A DNA stretch of 64,000 bases from a virus. Below the pieces are notes generated by a model that had not been told where the DNA came from, did not search any database, and saw only the letters and a program-made list of their open reading frames with translations. The translations under genes and the position numbers were made by a program. How positions within the stretch are numbered: the first letter of the stretch is position 1; every line of letters begins with the position of its first letter. The DNA lies in IMG/VR virus record IMGVR_UViG_3300020157_000001, positions 27,206-91,205 of that record; one strand, written 5' to 3'. Shown one piece after another: positions 8,336 to 18,400 of the stretch.

Positions 8336-9877
8336 CTAAACAGTAGATTCTTTTAAGAATGTTGTGAGGGTGCCTACGTCGATGCTCATAGCACCTTGCT
8401 CGTCTTGGTGCTTACCGTCCACGAAGGCTTCGTTGACCTGCCGCTTGTGCATGAGCATCTCGTACTGGCGCTCTTCGATGCTGCCCTGCATGACAAAGCT
8501 GACAATGTTAACGTGCGGAAAGGTAGATGATAGCCGTATGATACGCGCCTCTCGCTGTTCTAACTTACCGCTTGACCACGGGAGGTCGTAGCTGATAAGG
8601 AAGTTAGCCATAGGGAGGTCAACGCCATACCCTCCAGCGTCAGACGATAGGAAGAGACGACACTTGGGGTCGGTAGCGAACTTCTGCTTTGCCTGATCTC
8701 TAGCCTCTGCTGGCATACCTCCCATGAATAGGACGCTGCCAGTCATGTGGGAGGTGGCCTCTTGGATGAGGCGTAGGTTCTTCTTGAAGAAGGAGAAGAG
8801 GACTACCTTGTTCTTGGGGTCTTCCGACAGTACCTCTTCGATGAATTCTACGACTGCCTCTAGCTTGGGAGACTTAGCCACCCCACTCATCCAGCCCTCA
8901 TCCACGATGTCAGATGCGTAAGCGCTGCCCATCGTCGTGGCAGGGTTCTTGTAGTCCGTGGCTGACCCTGTGACTAGAGCGGGGTTGTCGCAGAGCATAC
9001 GCAAGACAGTTAGGCGAGCCATGATCTGACCCTGCGCTTCGTTGTCATCCCCACCGTTGTAGTGGGCAAACAGGCTAAATCCCCCACCGGCCTTACGCAT
9101 CACTGCTGAAAGCTGCGCTAGTAGGTCATTTGATATACGTCGATATGCCTCGGCACCCTTGCTGTCAAACGAAACTGGTACAACTGTGTGAATGATTTTG
9201 GGGAGCTGATCCGCAATGTCTTCTCTTGTCTTACGCACCATACAGTCTTTCATAGCGGTATACATAACGGGTAAGTTGACGTACTTTAGCGCCTTGCCCC
9301 AGTGATCTCTACGAATAAACGTGCTATCAAATAGCTGGAAAGACCCTAATACATCCTTGTCTACGAACTCCATGATGGAGAACAGTTCTTCGGGGCGGTT
9401 CTCAATGGGCTGTCCCGTCAGGGCGTAGCGGTAGTGAATCGTCTTCCCAATCTTCTTGAGCAGCTTGGAGCGCTTGCTCGTACGGTTCTTAATCATGGTG
9501 GCTTCGTCAATAATCATCGCCCCGAAGGTACCCATGAACTTCTGATCGTTGACGAGAGTCTCTGGGTTGACGATGACATAGCGAGAGCCGATGCTCATAC
9601 GCCATGCCTTCTCACGCTGTGCTGGGCTACCGTCGATGACCGTTGCCTTAGCGTCTGTGAACTTAGCGATCTCTCGTAGCCACTGGAACTTGAGGCTAGC
9701 GGGGACGACAACTAGGCAGCGGTCTACCTCGCCTTGATCGTGCAGTTCCTCTAACGCAGAAAGGGTGATGACAGTTTTGCCACCACCCATCACTACGCCA
9801 AGGAGCATCTGACCTCTATCTACCATGCGATCTTTAGCGTCCTGCTGGTATGGCCAGAGGGTTCCGTTAAAGGTCAT
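8336..9877 (-). CDS. SNF2-family helicase
   Basis: MGGGKT, IIDEA, LTGQPIENRPEELFS, AGGYGVDL, QREARIIR. Confidence 0.9.
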   Translation of the reverse strand: MTFNGTLWPYQQDAKDRMVDRGQMLLGVVMGGGKTVITLSALEELHDQGEVDRCLVVVPASLKFQWLREIAKFTDAKATVIDGSPAQREKAWRMSIGSRYVIVNPETLVNDQKFMGTFGAMIIDEATMIKNRTSKRSKLLKKIGKTIHYRYALTGQPIENRPEELFSIMEFVDKDVLGSFQLFDSTFIRRDHWGKALKYVNLPVMYTAMKDCMVRKTREDIADQLPKIIHTVVPVSFDSKGAEAYRRISNDLLAQLSAVMRKAGGGFSLFAHYNGGDDNEAQGQIMARLTVLRMLCDNPALVTGSATDYKNPATTMGSAYASDIVDEGWMSGVAKSPKLEAVVEFIEEVLSEDPKNKVVLFSFFKKNLRLIQEATSHMTGSVLFMGGMPAEARDQAKQKFATDPKCRLFLSSDAGGYGVDLPMANFLISYDLPWSSGKLEQREARIIRLSSTFPHVNIVSFVMQGSIEERQYEMLMHKRQVNEAFVDGKHQDEQGAMSIDVGTLTTFLKESTV

Positions 9878-10809
9878 GGGCAGAGCTTCGTGGTTTTGAA
9901 CCCTGTGATCTGGGCATCCTGCATATCGCCAACATCCTTATCGGTAGAACCCTTGTAATCCCAGTACGACACACCCTTGCGAAAGGGTAGGCGCAGCTTA
10001 GCGAGACGACGGGTCTCCATAAGGCCAGCCTTATCTACGTATGGATTATCAAGTGCCATGATAAGTCTATCAAACCTTGACAACAGCAATGTAATTTGAT
10101 CTGATGACACATTGGCTCCAAAAGATGCAACAGGGGAGATATCGGTAGTATCCATAAGCCCTGCAAACCTTACGACATCTAAGGGGGACTCCATGAGCAG
10201 GGCGGTATGGCCTGTTGCTTGGGCGATACCGAACAATGTGCGACCCTTGTGTACACCTGTGGGCACGTTGACGAACCTGCCTACCCGCTTGCCTTGCCAC
10301 CCCATAAGCTCACCGAGGGGGGACACGATAGGAATGATCGTCATGTTCTCTTCGGTGCCGCTCTTGTCAATGGCTACCCCGCCCCACCGGACACCAAACT
10401 TGCGTACGGTATCTCCGTCGAGTTGACGTAGGTCAATGATCGACTGAGGGAGGGGGGAGAACTGGGCGTACTTGATCCAGTCAACAGCTACTGCTGGTTC
10501 CTCCCACTCGTCAGAACGGGTAAGCCTGTCAATACCATTGCGTATGAGCAAGGTATTGATAGCCATGATGCTGTCAGGGTTACCAGTGATCTGGCTGACG
10601 AGGACGGGGAGGTTGCCTCGCGCCCCACAGGTGAAGCAATGCCACAGACCTGAGTCGGTGTTCATGTACCAAGAGTAGCGAGACGACTCTCGCCCCTTGG
10701 TCAGATGGTGGACGGGGCAGCGACCATTGATCTCGTCCCCTGACACACGCTTTACGTCCACACCTAGATCCATGATGATGGTGGCTAGGTCTTGTGCCCG
10801 TTCAGTCAT
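9874..10809 (-). CDS. DNA primase (zinc finger + TOPRIM)
   Basis: CPVH...WHCFTCGARG; ESPLDV, LDN..D..G, DKDVGD. Confidence 0.85.
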   Translation of the reverse strand: MTERAQDLATIIMDLGVDVKRVSGDEINGRCPVHHLTKGRESSRYSWYMNTDSGLWHCFTCGARGNLPVLVSQITGNPDSIMAINTLLIRNGIDRLTRSDEWEEPAVAVDWIKYAQFSPLPQSIIDLRQLDGDTVRKFGVRWGGVAIDKSGTEENMTIIPIVSPLGELMGWQGKRVGRFVNVPTGVHKGRTLFGIAQATGHTALLMESPLDVVRFAGLMDTTDISPVASFGANVSSDQITLLLSRFDRLIMALDNPYVDKAGLMETRRLAKLRLPFRKGVSYWDYKGSTDKDVGDMQDAQITGFKTTKLCP

Positions 10810-12058
10810 ACGTCTCGTCCATGCCCTCTACGTCGTCCTCATGCACCTCAGAGAACTCCATAGTCTGCCAGTCCCATTTGATATGCACTTCTCCACGGGG
10901 GGCAGTACGGGCTTCGACAACACGGATGATGGACTGGTTGTCGATGTCAGGGTTGCGCTCCACACCAAGTACCAAGTCTGCGTCCTGACCCATAGCGGAT
11001 GAGTAGCCAATGGCATCGGCGGTAATCGCACGCGTACGCTTGTTGTTCAATTTCCAACCAAGAGCCTGCGTGGTACCAATGATAGGGATATCAAACCTCT
11101 GGCATAGACGCTTCATCCCTCGGGATACATTAGTGAGCGCTTGCGGGCTACCCTTTGGCTCACCGTTCTGATCGTCCATCAGATACATACCGTCAACCAC
11201 CACCATGTCAGGCTTCATCTCCTGAATCTTTCCGGCAATAGCATCGACGGTGGTGAGGCTGGACGAGTCTTCGGAGAACATGAACGGATGCATGTTCTTA
11301 CGAGCGACCATCATGTCGTGGATACGAGTCATCTCTGCGTTGCTCATATCGCCACTAAGGATTCTGTCGTAGGGGACTTGAGCGTTGAGAGCGTCCAGAC
11401 GAGAGGCTTGCTCCTCGCTACTCATCTCAAACGAAATGAGTAGAGGCTTCTTGCCGTGACGGTGACATGCCTCTGCCATGATGAGAACGATCAAGCTCTT
11501 ACCACGTTTCTGCTCTCCTGCTACCACGATGAACTGCTGGGGGCGCAGACCCTGAGTGATACGGTCTAGACCGTCGAACCCTGTAGGGATGCCTCGCAGC
11601 GTGTTCGGGTTAGCGCGCATGAACTCGTAGCGTGCAAAGCGATCTTCCCACGTAGAGATTACGTCGATGTCCCGTAGGCGGCTGGCCTCAACGGATGCCT
11701 TCTGCAATCCTTTGGAGAGGATAGACATAGCGCCGTCAACGTCATCAGCCTCAAGGCTGTTCATGGCGTTAGCTGTAGCCTCAAGAACTTCCCGCTGCTT
11801 GTACGCAGTAAGGATCTCCTCAAAGAGTCCGCTGAATGTTTCGTCGGATGAGTCAAGAACCTCTACGTCACCGAACTGAGAATTGAATGCACGCACAGAC
11901 GGCACCGCTGCGTGCTTGCTGTTGTAGTCAAGTATCCATAGGTACTTCGGCTCCCAGATAGGAGAGAAGTGGAACGGCTTGATGCCAGCCTTTACCGACT
12001 CAGTGAGCGACTGTAGCTCAATGATCTTGGAGATAGCTAGGTGCTCATGTGAGGCCAT
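10802..12058 (-). CDS. dnaB: DnaB-like replicative helicase
   Basis: GIPTGFDGLD, Walker A GEQKRGKS, SFEMS, VVVDGMYLM, QDADLVLG. Confidence 0.92.
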   Translation of the reverse strand: MASHEHLAISKIIELQSLTESVKAGIKPFHFSPIWEPKYLWILDYNSKHAAVPSVRAFNSQFGDVEVLDSSDETFSGLFEEILTAYKQREVLEATANAMNSLEADDVDGAMSILSKGLQKASVEASRLRDIDVISTWEDRFARYEFMRANPNTLRGIPTGFDGLDRITQGLRPQQFIVVAGEQKRGKSLIVLIMAEACHRHGKKPLLISFEMSSEEQASRLDALNAQVPYDRILSGDMSNAEMTRIHDMMVARKNMHPFMFSEDSSSLTTVDAIAGKIQEMKPDMVVVDGMYLMDDQNGEPKGSPQALTNVSRGMKRLCQRFDIPIIGTTQALGWKLNNKRTRAITADAIGYSSAMGQDADLVLGVERNPDIDNQSIIRVVEARTAPRGEVHIKWDWQTMEFSEVHEDDVEGMDETYD

Positions 12059-12513
12059 TAGACCCCCCAAGTTGAGCCGGGGGACATGACTGTACAGCGG
12101 GGGCCGAAGTAGGCAGCGTCGCTCTCAAACGGGGTGTACAGCGTATGCACATCCCTGTTGTACCTAAAGTCGTCCATGAGTCCCTCTGGGTCTTCGTATG
12201 AGTACACGGTTACGGATATTCCCTTACGTGCCAGCCAGTGCTCAATAGGCTCAATGTAGTCGGAGTCGTAGTACGTGTACACATCGACGTTTATCTTGAG
12301 TTGATTGACCATGTGACTCAACGACTTGATCGGCATCTCAGCGGTCTTCCATGACCGTACCACATCGTCTATCGTTATCCCCTGTTGGGGTACTGGCTTC
12401 TGCCAGAACTTCCTCTTCGCAGCGGGGGCATCCTCTTTAGGTATGAGGATCAGACCCTCAAACATGACAGCCACAGAGCTGGTCAGAAACGATCCAATGT
12501 CATTACCTTCCAC
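12058..12513 (-). CDS. Hypothetical protein
   Basis: Coupled to dnaB via TAATG. Confidence 0.7.
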   Translation of the reverse strand: MEGNDIGSFLTSSVAVMFEGLILIPKEDAPAAKRKFWQKPVPQQGITIDDVVRSWKTAEMPIKSLSHMVNQLKINVDVYTYYDSDYIEPIEHWLARKGISVTVYSYEDPEGLMDDFRYNRDVHTLYTPFESDAAYFGPRCTVMSPGSTWGV

Positions 12514-13114
12514 GGAGAGTCACCATATCCATATCCTTAGTAGGACCTTCCATCCTACTGGTATAGATATGGCGTATGTCTGCCGCTGAGTGCTCAGAGG
12601 TAATAATCGTCGTAAGCATGTGAGCGTGACGGTGACGGATCAAGCTGCCGATCTCATGCTTGGCAAAGTCGGTGAGGCGCTCCTGCCCTAGACCGTCGAT
12701 GACGAGGATGTCCCATGTTCCCTTGATGTACTTCAAGAGGTGCTGAGATGAGTACATCTCGGGCAGACCCTCGCTGGAGTCAAAGGAATCTTTCACCATG
12801 GCAACGTAGTCATCGGTGTCGATGAACCGCCCACTCACCTTGTGGTTCTCCATAAGGGCGGTGAGCACGTTGACTGCCTGAAAGGTCTTGCCAGTCAATG
12901 CGTAGCCCTGAATGAGCAGGCTCTTGCCGGGGGTGTACGAGGCTACCCACTTGTCAACGGCAGCGATGGATGGGTCTTTCCACGTAGGACTGACCGCACG
13001 TGTAGCAATGGCATGGCGAGCGGGAACCTTGGCGTGATAGACACGCTCTTCTAGTGAGCGGTTACGCCACCAGTTACCGCTCTTCCACTCTCTTGGTGTC
13101 TCAAATGATGTCAC
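12503..13114 (-). CDS. DnaC/IstB-like helicase loader ATPase
   Basis: LLIQGYALTGKT, ILVIDGLGQE, TIITS; upstream of dnaB. Confidence 0.75.
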   Translation of the reverse strand: MTSFETPREWKSGNWWRNRSLEERVYHAKVPARHAIATRAVSPTWKDPSIAAVDKWVASYTPGKSLLIQGYALTGKTFQAVNVLTALMENHKVSGRFIDTDDYVAMVKDSFDSSEGLPEMYSSQHLLKYIKGTWDILVIDGLGQERLTDFAKHEIGSLIRHRHAHMLTTIITSEHSAADIRHIYTSRMEGPTKDMDMVTLRGR

Positions 13115-13626
13115 AGGTACTCCACGATGATCTCAAACTTAGCCGTGGGTCCGTCCCGTTCACTGACGATACACCTATGGCGTATCTCTTCATCGTGTTC
13201 GGATGACCAAGGCGGCTGGTCGCTGGGGGGAAGACTATCACTCCGCACGTAGTCATTGGCAATGAATGCCAAGATACGTGGTCGGTACTCAATGGGGATT
13301 GGGTTAGCTGCGAGAAGTTTGTCTTGCACTTCCTTTTTGAGGAAGGTAAGGACGGGGCGCGCAACAGTACCCGCAGTGGTTTCGTAGAAGCTATCAATAG
13401 CCTGTTTGATATGCTCCTCTGATATGCCCCGTTTAATCAGTCGGGACATACCGATGAACAAGATCGTCCTGTCATCTTCGGAGAAGACTTGGTGCATCTT
13501 GGTCTTGGGGTGGGAGGTGAAGTACTCTCTGAGTACCGCTGCCCTACCTCCAATGGGTTTACTCTTCTTTGCTTTTGGTGCTACAGAAGGGGGGCTGACA
13601 TCTTCTGATCCTGCTCCATAGATCAT
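13111..13626 (-). CDS. Hypothetical protein, first gene of replication block (possible initiator)
   Basis: GGAAGG RBS; ATGA overlap with DnaC-like gene. Confidence 0.65.
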   Translation of the reverse strand: MIYGAGSEDVSPPSVAPKAKKSKPIGGRAAVLREYFTSHPKTKMHQVFSEDDRTILFIGMSRLIKRGISEEHIKQAIDSFYETTAGTVARPVLTFLKKEVQDKLLAANPIPIEYRPRILAFIANDYVRSDSLPPSDQPPWSSEHDEEIRHRCIVSERDGPTAKFEIIVEYL

Positions 13627-13645
13627 ATGTGCCTTCCATGAGAAA

Positions 13646-13745
13646 TTGAGGGGCGGGGGGAAAGGAGGGGAATCCTACTCAGTCACGTGCCGATGCTGGT
13701 ACGGATACCCTCTTCACCCTTGCGGAAGAAGCCCCCGCCCCTCAA
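13646..13745 (-). ncRNA. Candidate structured cis-regulatory RNA or sRNA
   Basis: Perfect 14-bp terminal inverted repeat enclosing a GCAA-capped hairpin and a second long hairpin, filling the intergenic gap. Confidence 0.5.
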
Positions 13746-13748
13746 GAC

Positions 13749-14771
13749 TTATCCGAGGATGATACCCTTTACTGACCGAGACACAACATCCTCAAGCGCT
13801 TTTAGTGCGAGTGAACGGTGACGGCCTGCGGGAACATTGGAAATGATGTGCTCACCCAACTGGAAGGCGGCGCTGGTGAGGTCGTTGATTGTCTCTGTCT
13901 CTCTACGGCTTGGCTCGCGAGCGTGATCGAAGAGGCTGGCACGAAGTTCCTCATAGCCAACGACTACTGGAGTAGTGGGAGCTGGCAAGGTCAGGTCGCT
14001 ATCACCAAGGGTGACGGGCATGGGCTTACCAATGTGCTGTGAGGGAAGAGGACCTGCCGTAGGCTTGTTCGCTGGATAAGGCTTAGCTGCCTTGGGAGTA
14101 ACGTGTACGGGGAGATCTTCCTTTGGGGGAAGAGCCTGCGCTGGCAAGGTAGTACCAAGGATGACCTTGATGTAGTTGGCCTTGCCTGACACCCCATCGG
14201 GGAGGTTGCCCGTCTCCATAGCGAGTCGCTTGAGCGATGCGACTGGCATGATGTTCAGTTCGTCCTCTGTGAACGCAACGGGGGCATCATCGGTCGGGTC
14301 ATCTTCTACGTACGATGTCGCAGCAGGTGTGACCTCTTCCTTTTCGGGAACAAGGGACAGAGAGATGGGGGCGAGTCCGTTGGACAACTCCAGTACAAGG
14401 GCGCTCTCTGGCACTGTGTCGAACACGAAGTTGACAAGCTCTTCTGCCTCGTTGTCATCCCAGAGGATGAGCACCTTACCCTTGTTCGCCATAGCGCCAA
14501 GGATCTGCTTCTCCACACCGTTCACCTCAAGGGTGCTGCCGGATTCTGCGGATGTGAATGCCTTGGGGGGCTTGTTGTCAGGGTTGTGGTACATGAGGAA
14601 CTGCACGTCGTTGTCAAGAATGTAGTCGTAGGCAGCAGCCAGACCATCGGTTGGCTTGCCGTACCACGGTAGTGCAACTACATCGTCCTCTTCAAGAAGA
14701 TCACGGAGACCTTCTTGGATTACTGTCTTGGGGGCATTACCTGTCCCCAGCAAAGCGTGGATACGTGACAT
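13749..14771 (-). CDS. Multidomain protein: alpha/beta N-domain, Rho-N/HeH-like motif, C-terminal Acb2/Tad1-like hairpin
   Basis: ELNIMPVASLKRLA..KANYIKVIL; C-terminal VPAGRHRSLALKALEDVV. Confidence 0.55.
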   Translation of the reverse strand: MSRIHALLGTGNAPKTVIQEGLRDLLEEDDVVALPWYGKPTDGLAAAYDYILDNDVQFLMYHNPDNKPPKAFTSAESGSTLEVNGVEKQILGAMANKGKVLILWDDNEAEELVNFVFDTVPESALVLELSNGLAPISLSLVPEKEEVTPAATSYVEDDPTDDAPVAFTEDELNIMPVASLKRLAMETGNLPDGVSGKANYIKVILGTTLPAQALPPKEDLPVHVTPKAAKPYPANKPTAGPLPSQHIGKPMPVTLGDSDLTLPAPTTPVVVGYEELRASLFDHAREPSRRETETINDLTSAAFQLGEHIISNVPAGRHRSLALKALEDVVSRSVKGIILG

Positions 14772-14803
14772 CGGGTCTCCCTGTCGTAGGTCTAAGGGTC
14801 GTC

Positions 14804-14832
14804 ACTGTACACCCCCACCAACGTCAATGCAA
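14804..14832 (-). promoter_or_regulatory. SigA-type promoter of the replication operon
   Basis: TTGCAT-17 nt-TACAGT. Confidence 0.65.
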
Positions 14833-14854
14833 GTAAGACTTGGTGTGACCCTTG

Positions 14855-15430
14855 TCACATACCTCGAACAGCGTTGTACGCAACGATTGAGTATTTAGCT
14901 TCCTCGGTGATCGGAAGGGTCGAAGTAAACAAAGTCTGCATTGCACCAACTGTCTTCTGATAGTCCTCGGAATAGATTGATACCGAGTTGTTAGCAGAGC
15001 TTACCCATCGGTAGTCACTGACCGCTGAGAGTATGCCGCCTATGGGCGTTGACCCGTCAAAGTACGTGCCAAGGAAGTTCACCTCTGCAAGGAGGTTTGC
15101 CGCTGTAAACGACCCTACCGACAGGTCAACCATGAACTCAACGAGGCAGTTGGTGTAGGTGGATGCGTTGGTAAAGGCAGTTACTGGGATCTCTACTACA
15201 GATACACCATTGATGATCTTGGAGCCGCTGCTCATCCCGACGATGCGGTTGGCTGAGTCGATGAGCCGCCCCCACTTAATCGCTGTGGTAGTACCTACGG
15301 AGAAGTAAGCACGGTCACCAAGTAACACGGGGATCACACTGTAGGCGGGGGAGAGGCTACCTATAGTAATGACCGCCCCCGTAGAGGGAGTAGTAGCAGT
15401 CCAAGTCTGACCAGAGAGAGTAACAGTCAT
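14855..15430 (-). CDS. Minor tail/baseplate protein
   Basis: YFDGS..DYRW..NNSVSIY motif typical of actinophage minor tail proteins; starts 1 nt after the giant gene's stop. Confidence 0.6.
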   Translation of the reverse strand: MTVTLSGQTWTATTPSTGAVITIGSLSPAYSVIPVLLGDRAYFSVGTTTAIKWGRLIDSANRIVGMSSGSKIINGVSVVEIPVTAFTNASTYTNCLVEFMVDLSVGSFTAANLLAEVNFLGTYFDGSTPIGGILSAVSDYRWVSSANNSVSIYSEDYQKTVGAMQTLFTSTLPITEEAKYSIVAYNAVRGM

Positions 15431-15431
15431 A

Positions 15432-18400
15432 CTAAACCGTCCCGTAGTAGGTGTTGATTGCTGCAATTTCAGTAGCGGTGAGCGCCCGTCGGAATATGGC
15501 TACAGCGAGAAGCTCCATCTGTGCGTATTGTGCCCCCCCAATGTCTTGACGACCTATGGTCATTGGTCCAGAGTTAGCAAGAGTTCCTACGGTGAAGTCT
15601 GTAACGGGTGTTCCCGCTACACCGTTTGTGTACAGAGTAACTTGGTCTGTCGCGGTATCCCGAACGCCAATCACGGTATTTACGGTCCCCGTTGTCGCAG
15701 TCGTATTTCCAGCAGCGATAGTTCCACCTGCGTCTCCAGTGATGGCCATGAATTGGGTGGAGCTTGGATTACCGTTGGTCAGATACCACCCTGAGGAGAC
15801 ACCGACGTTTGACCACTTCATTGCTATACGGGTGTCGGCGGGCGTGGTGCCCCATTGGCGTACAACTCCCACCACTGTGAATGAGTCTGTGGCAGAGAAA
15901 TCAAGTAAGTCGTTGTCTGGCACTTCCATATAGCTGGAAGATCCAAAAAGCCATGTTGGGCGGGTGACAGCTACTGCCTTCTTACCTGCTGCTGTGCTAC
16001 GGTTGATTGCCATTTCTTGACTTGATCTGGCGGGGTCGATCCATAGCACAGCAGTGGAGAGAAGCGCTACTGACTCTGCTGTCTCTTCTCCTTGGTAGTG
16101 CGTATTGATGAGAGCAACTTCAGTTGCAGTGAGAGCACGACGGAATACTGCTGCACCGTACATTTCAAACTCACCAAAGTAGACGGGGGTTCCACCTCCG
16201 TAATCAGAGCCAATGAGGAATGGAGCGGCGTTCGCTACACCCAATGTAGTTATGTCCGTAACACTAGCTCCAGCACTAGCACCAGAGTATGTGACTAGTG
16301 AGTCTGTTGAAGCGTTACGTACCCCAGAGAATACAGTTAGCGCACCAGCAGCAGGAACAGGTGAAAGTGACTCCGAGGTTTGACCTGTGGTACCAGCGTC
16401 TATTCTTAGACTTGTACCAAAGCTTGATTTTTGCAGAAAGCTAATAGTAGGAGAGGAGGGTGTTCCCGCTGATCCTTTAGAGAAGATACGCACATCGTTT
16501 GAGGGAGACCCCCACTGTCGGAGAGCAGCAACCATTGTGAATGAATCAGTAAGAGCAAAGTCAAGCAGGTCGTTGTCTGCTATAGACATGTAGTCGTTAC
16601 CACCGAATAGGAAGGTGGGGCGCACAACCGTCGCCCCCTTGTGTCCAGTGGTAGAACGAACCACAAGCGCCTTCTGTTGTGACGAAGCTGCATCAATCCA
16701 GAACTTAGCTGTATTGAGGATGGTTACAGCAGCGCTATCGAAGGCAGTGGTGTAATGGTTAGTGATCGTTGTGATCTGTGCTGCGCTTAGTGCGGACTTG
16801 AACACTGCTACAGCAATCAACTCAAAGTCTGTGTTAGTTCCGAAGAATGTTCCTAGTTGGCTACCTATACGAAGGGGGGACGTATTGGTCAGAGTTGATG
16901 TAGTGGTATCTGACACAGTAGTGCTAGCTGTGCCGTTGTTGTAGGTACGAAGCAACAAGTTGGCCCGATCACGAACACCTGCCATTACGTTGATTGTTCC
17001 CGCTGTTGGGGCGACAGCGGAAGCTACGTTGGGTGAGGCGGCAGTGTCACTAACAAGGAACTTAGTGGAGGTTGTGGTACCACTGTTATACAGGAGCCAA
17101 CCGGGTGTGTTAATTAAAGAGGTATACGCACCCTTGGTAACGAGTTGACCGTTAGTTTGAATAGTGTTCCATTGTCGGGTAACCGCTATTACCGTGAACG
17201 AGTCTCCTACTGCAAAGTTAATGTCAGCATGATCGGGGGCTTCCATGAAGTCGTCCCCACCAAAAAGCCAGACCGGGGCTTCAACAAGAACACCCCTACG
17301 ACCACTTGTTCCTCTTGAGGCTGTCCACACTCGTCCATTGGACGTTCCACCAGTTTGCCCCATGTCATTAGCTGACCAGTTAAGAACTGGGTTAGCGGTC
17401 ATATCTAATCCTGACCAAATCTTTGCCGCATAGTACTTGCCAGCAGTGAACGCTGCGCCTGCGTTATCTCCACCTACGTTGACGGGGACGGCACTAGCAC
17501 GGATGTTTGTCACACCGGAAGTGGTCACAGTTTCGTAGTTAGTCCAGTTAACCCCATCGGAAGATCGGTAGAAACGACAGGTAAAACCACCCGCACCGTT
17601 GTCAACGTCTAGAGATGCTCCAACCCACATCTTCTTGCCAGCAGGTATGCCATGAGGAACGATTCCATAAGCTGCACCGCTAGTACCTGCTGCTGTATTC
17701 CATACAAACGCTAAGGTTCCGCCTAACGTAGCGCTGCTATGAGCATTCAGTTGGTAGTTGTTAAATGATGAATCTACACCGCTAGCACGCTTTCCAAGAA
17801 GCCCTCTTTCAGAAGTAATATCATCAAGCTGAACCTGAACAGCTACCGCAATATCACCTGTAATACATACATCAGTAGTTGAGGGGGTTGACATGTAGTT
17901 TGCACCGCTGGTGAGACCGGGCTGATACCAATACTTATCCCCGTAGAAAGGCAGGTGCAGGGGGTCAGAAGTATCAGAAGCAGTAGCGTACTTACCGGCT
18001 TTAGCATTGAGAGCAGATCCTGTAGCACCAAGGTTCTTAATCAACTGGGAAGATGACCCCGCAACAGGGATCGAAGTCTGCGTGCCAGAAGTGATTTGCT
18101 TAGTGAAATCAATATCTACAATCGCCTGTCCAGCAATACCATTTCGTACTATAGCCCGATAATGCTTTCCTGTCATTGAGCCGTACCATGTACCCGATGT
18201 GTTCTGTGTAGTTGCACCAAACCCCATTGGATATCCGGTGTTAGCACGGGTGTTAACTATGCGTGTGTCTGTGTTAGCACCGATAGTTGTCCACGTAGTC
18301 GGTTCTGCTACTTGATCGGGGGCGTAGTAGAAGGTGGTAACGCCAGCACTAGCGGAGCGTGTGACCTTCAGCCAAAGTGTTGTACCGTTAGCAGGACGAG

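Noticed and set aside
4577-12058. Inteins or introns in polymerase, helicases (also terminase, RecA)
   Set aside because: ORFs are continuous, of normal size, with no HN-C/S/T splice or LAGLIDADG motifs noticed
13646-13745. Hammerhead ribozyme or tRNA
   Set aside because: Lacks complete CUGAnGA plus GAAA core on one strand, and no cloverleaf or T-loop
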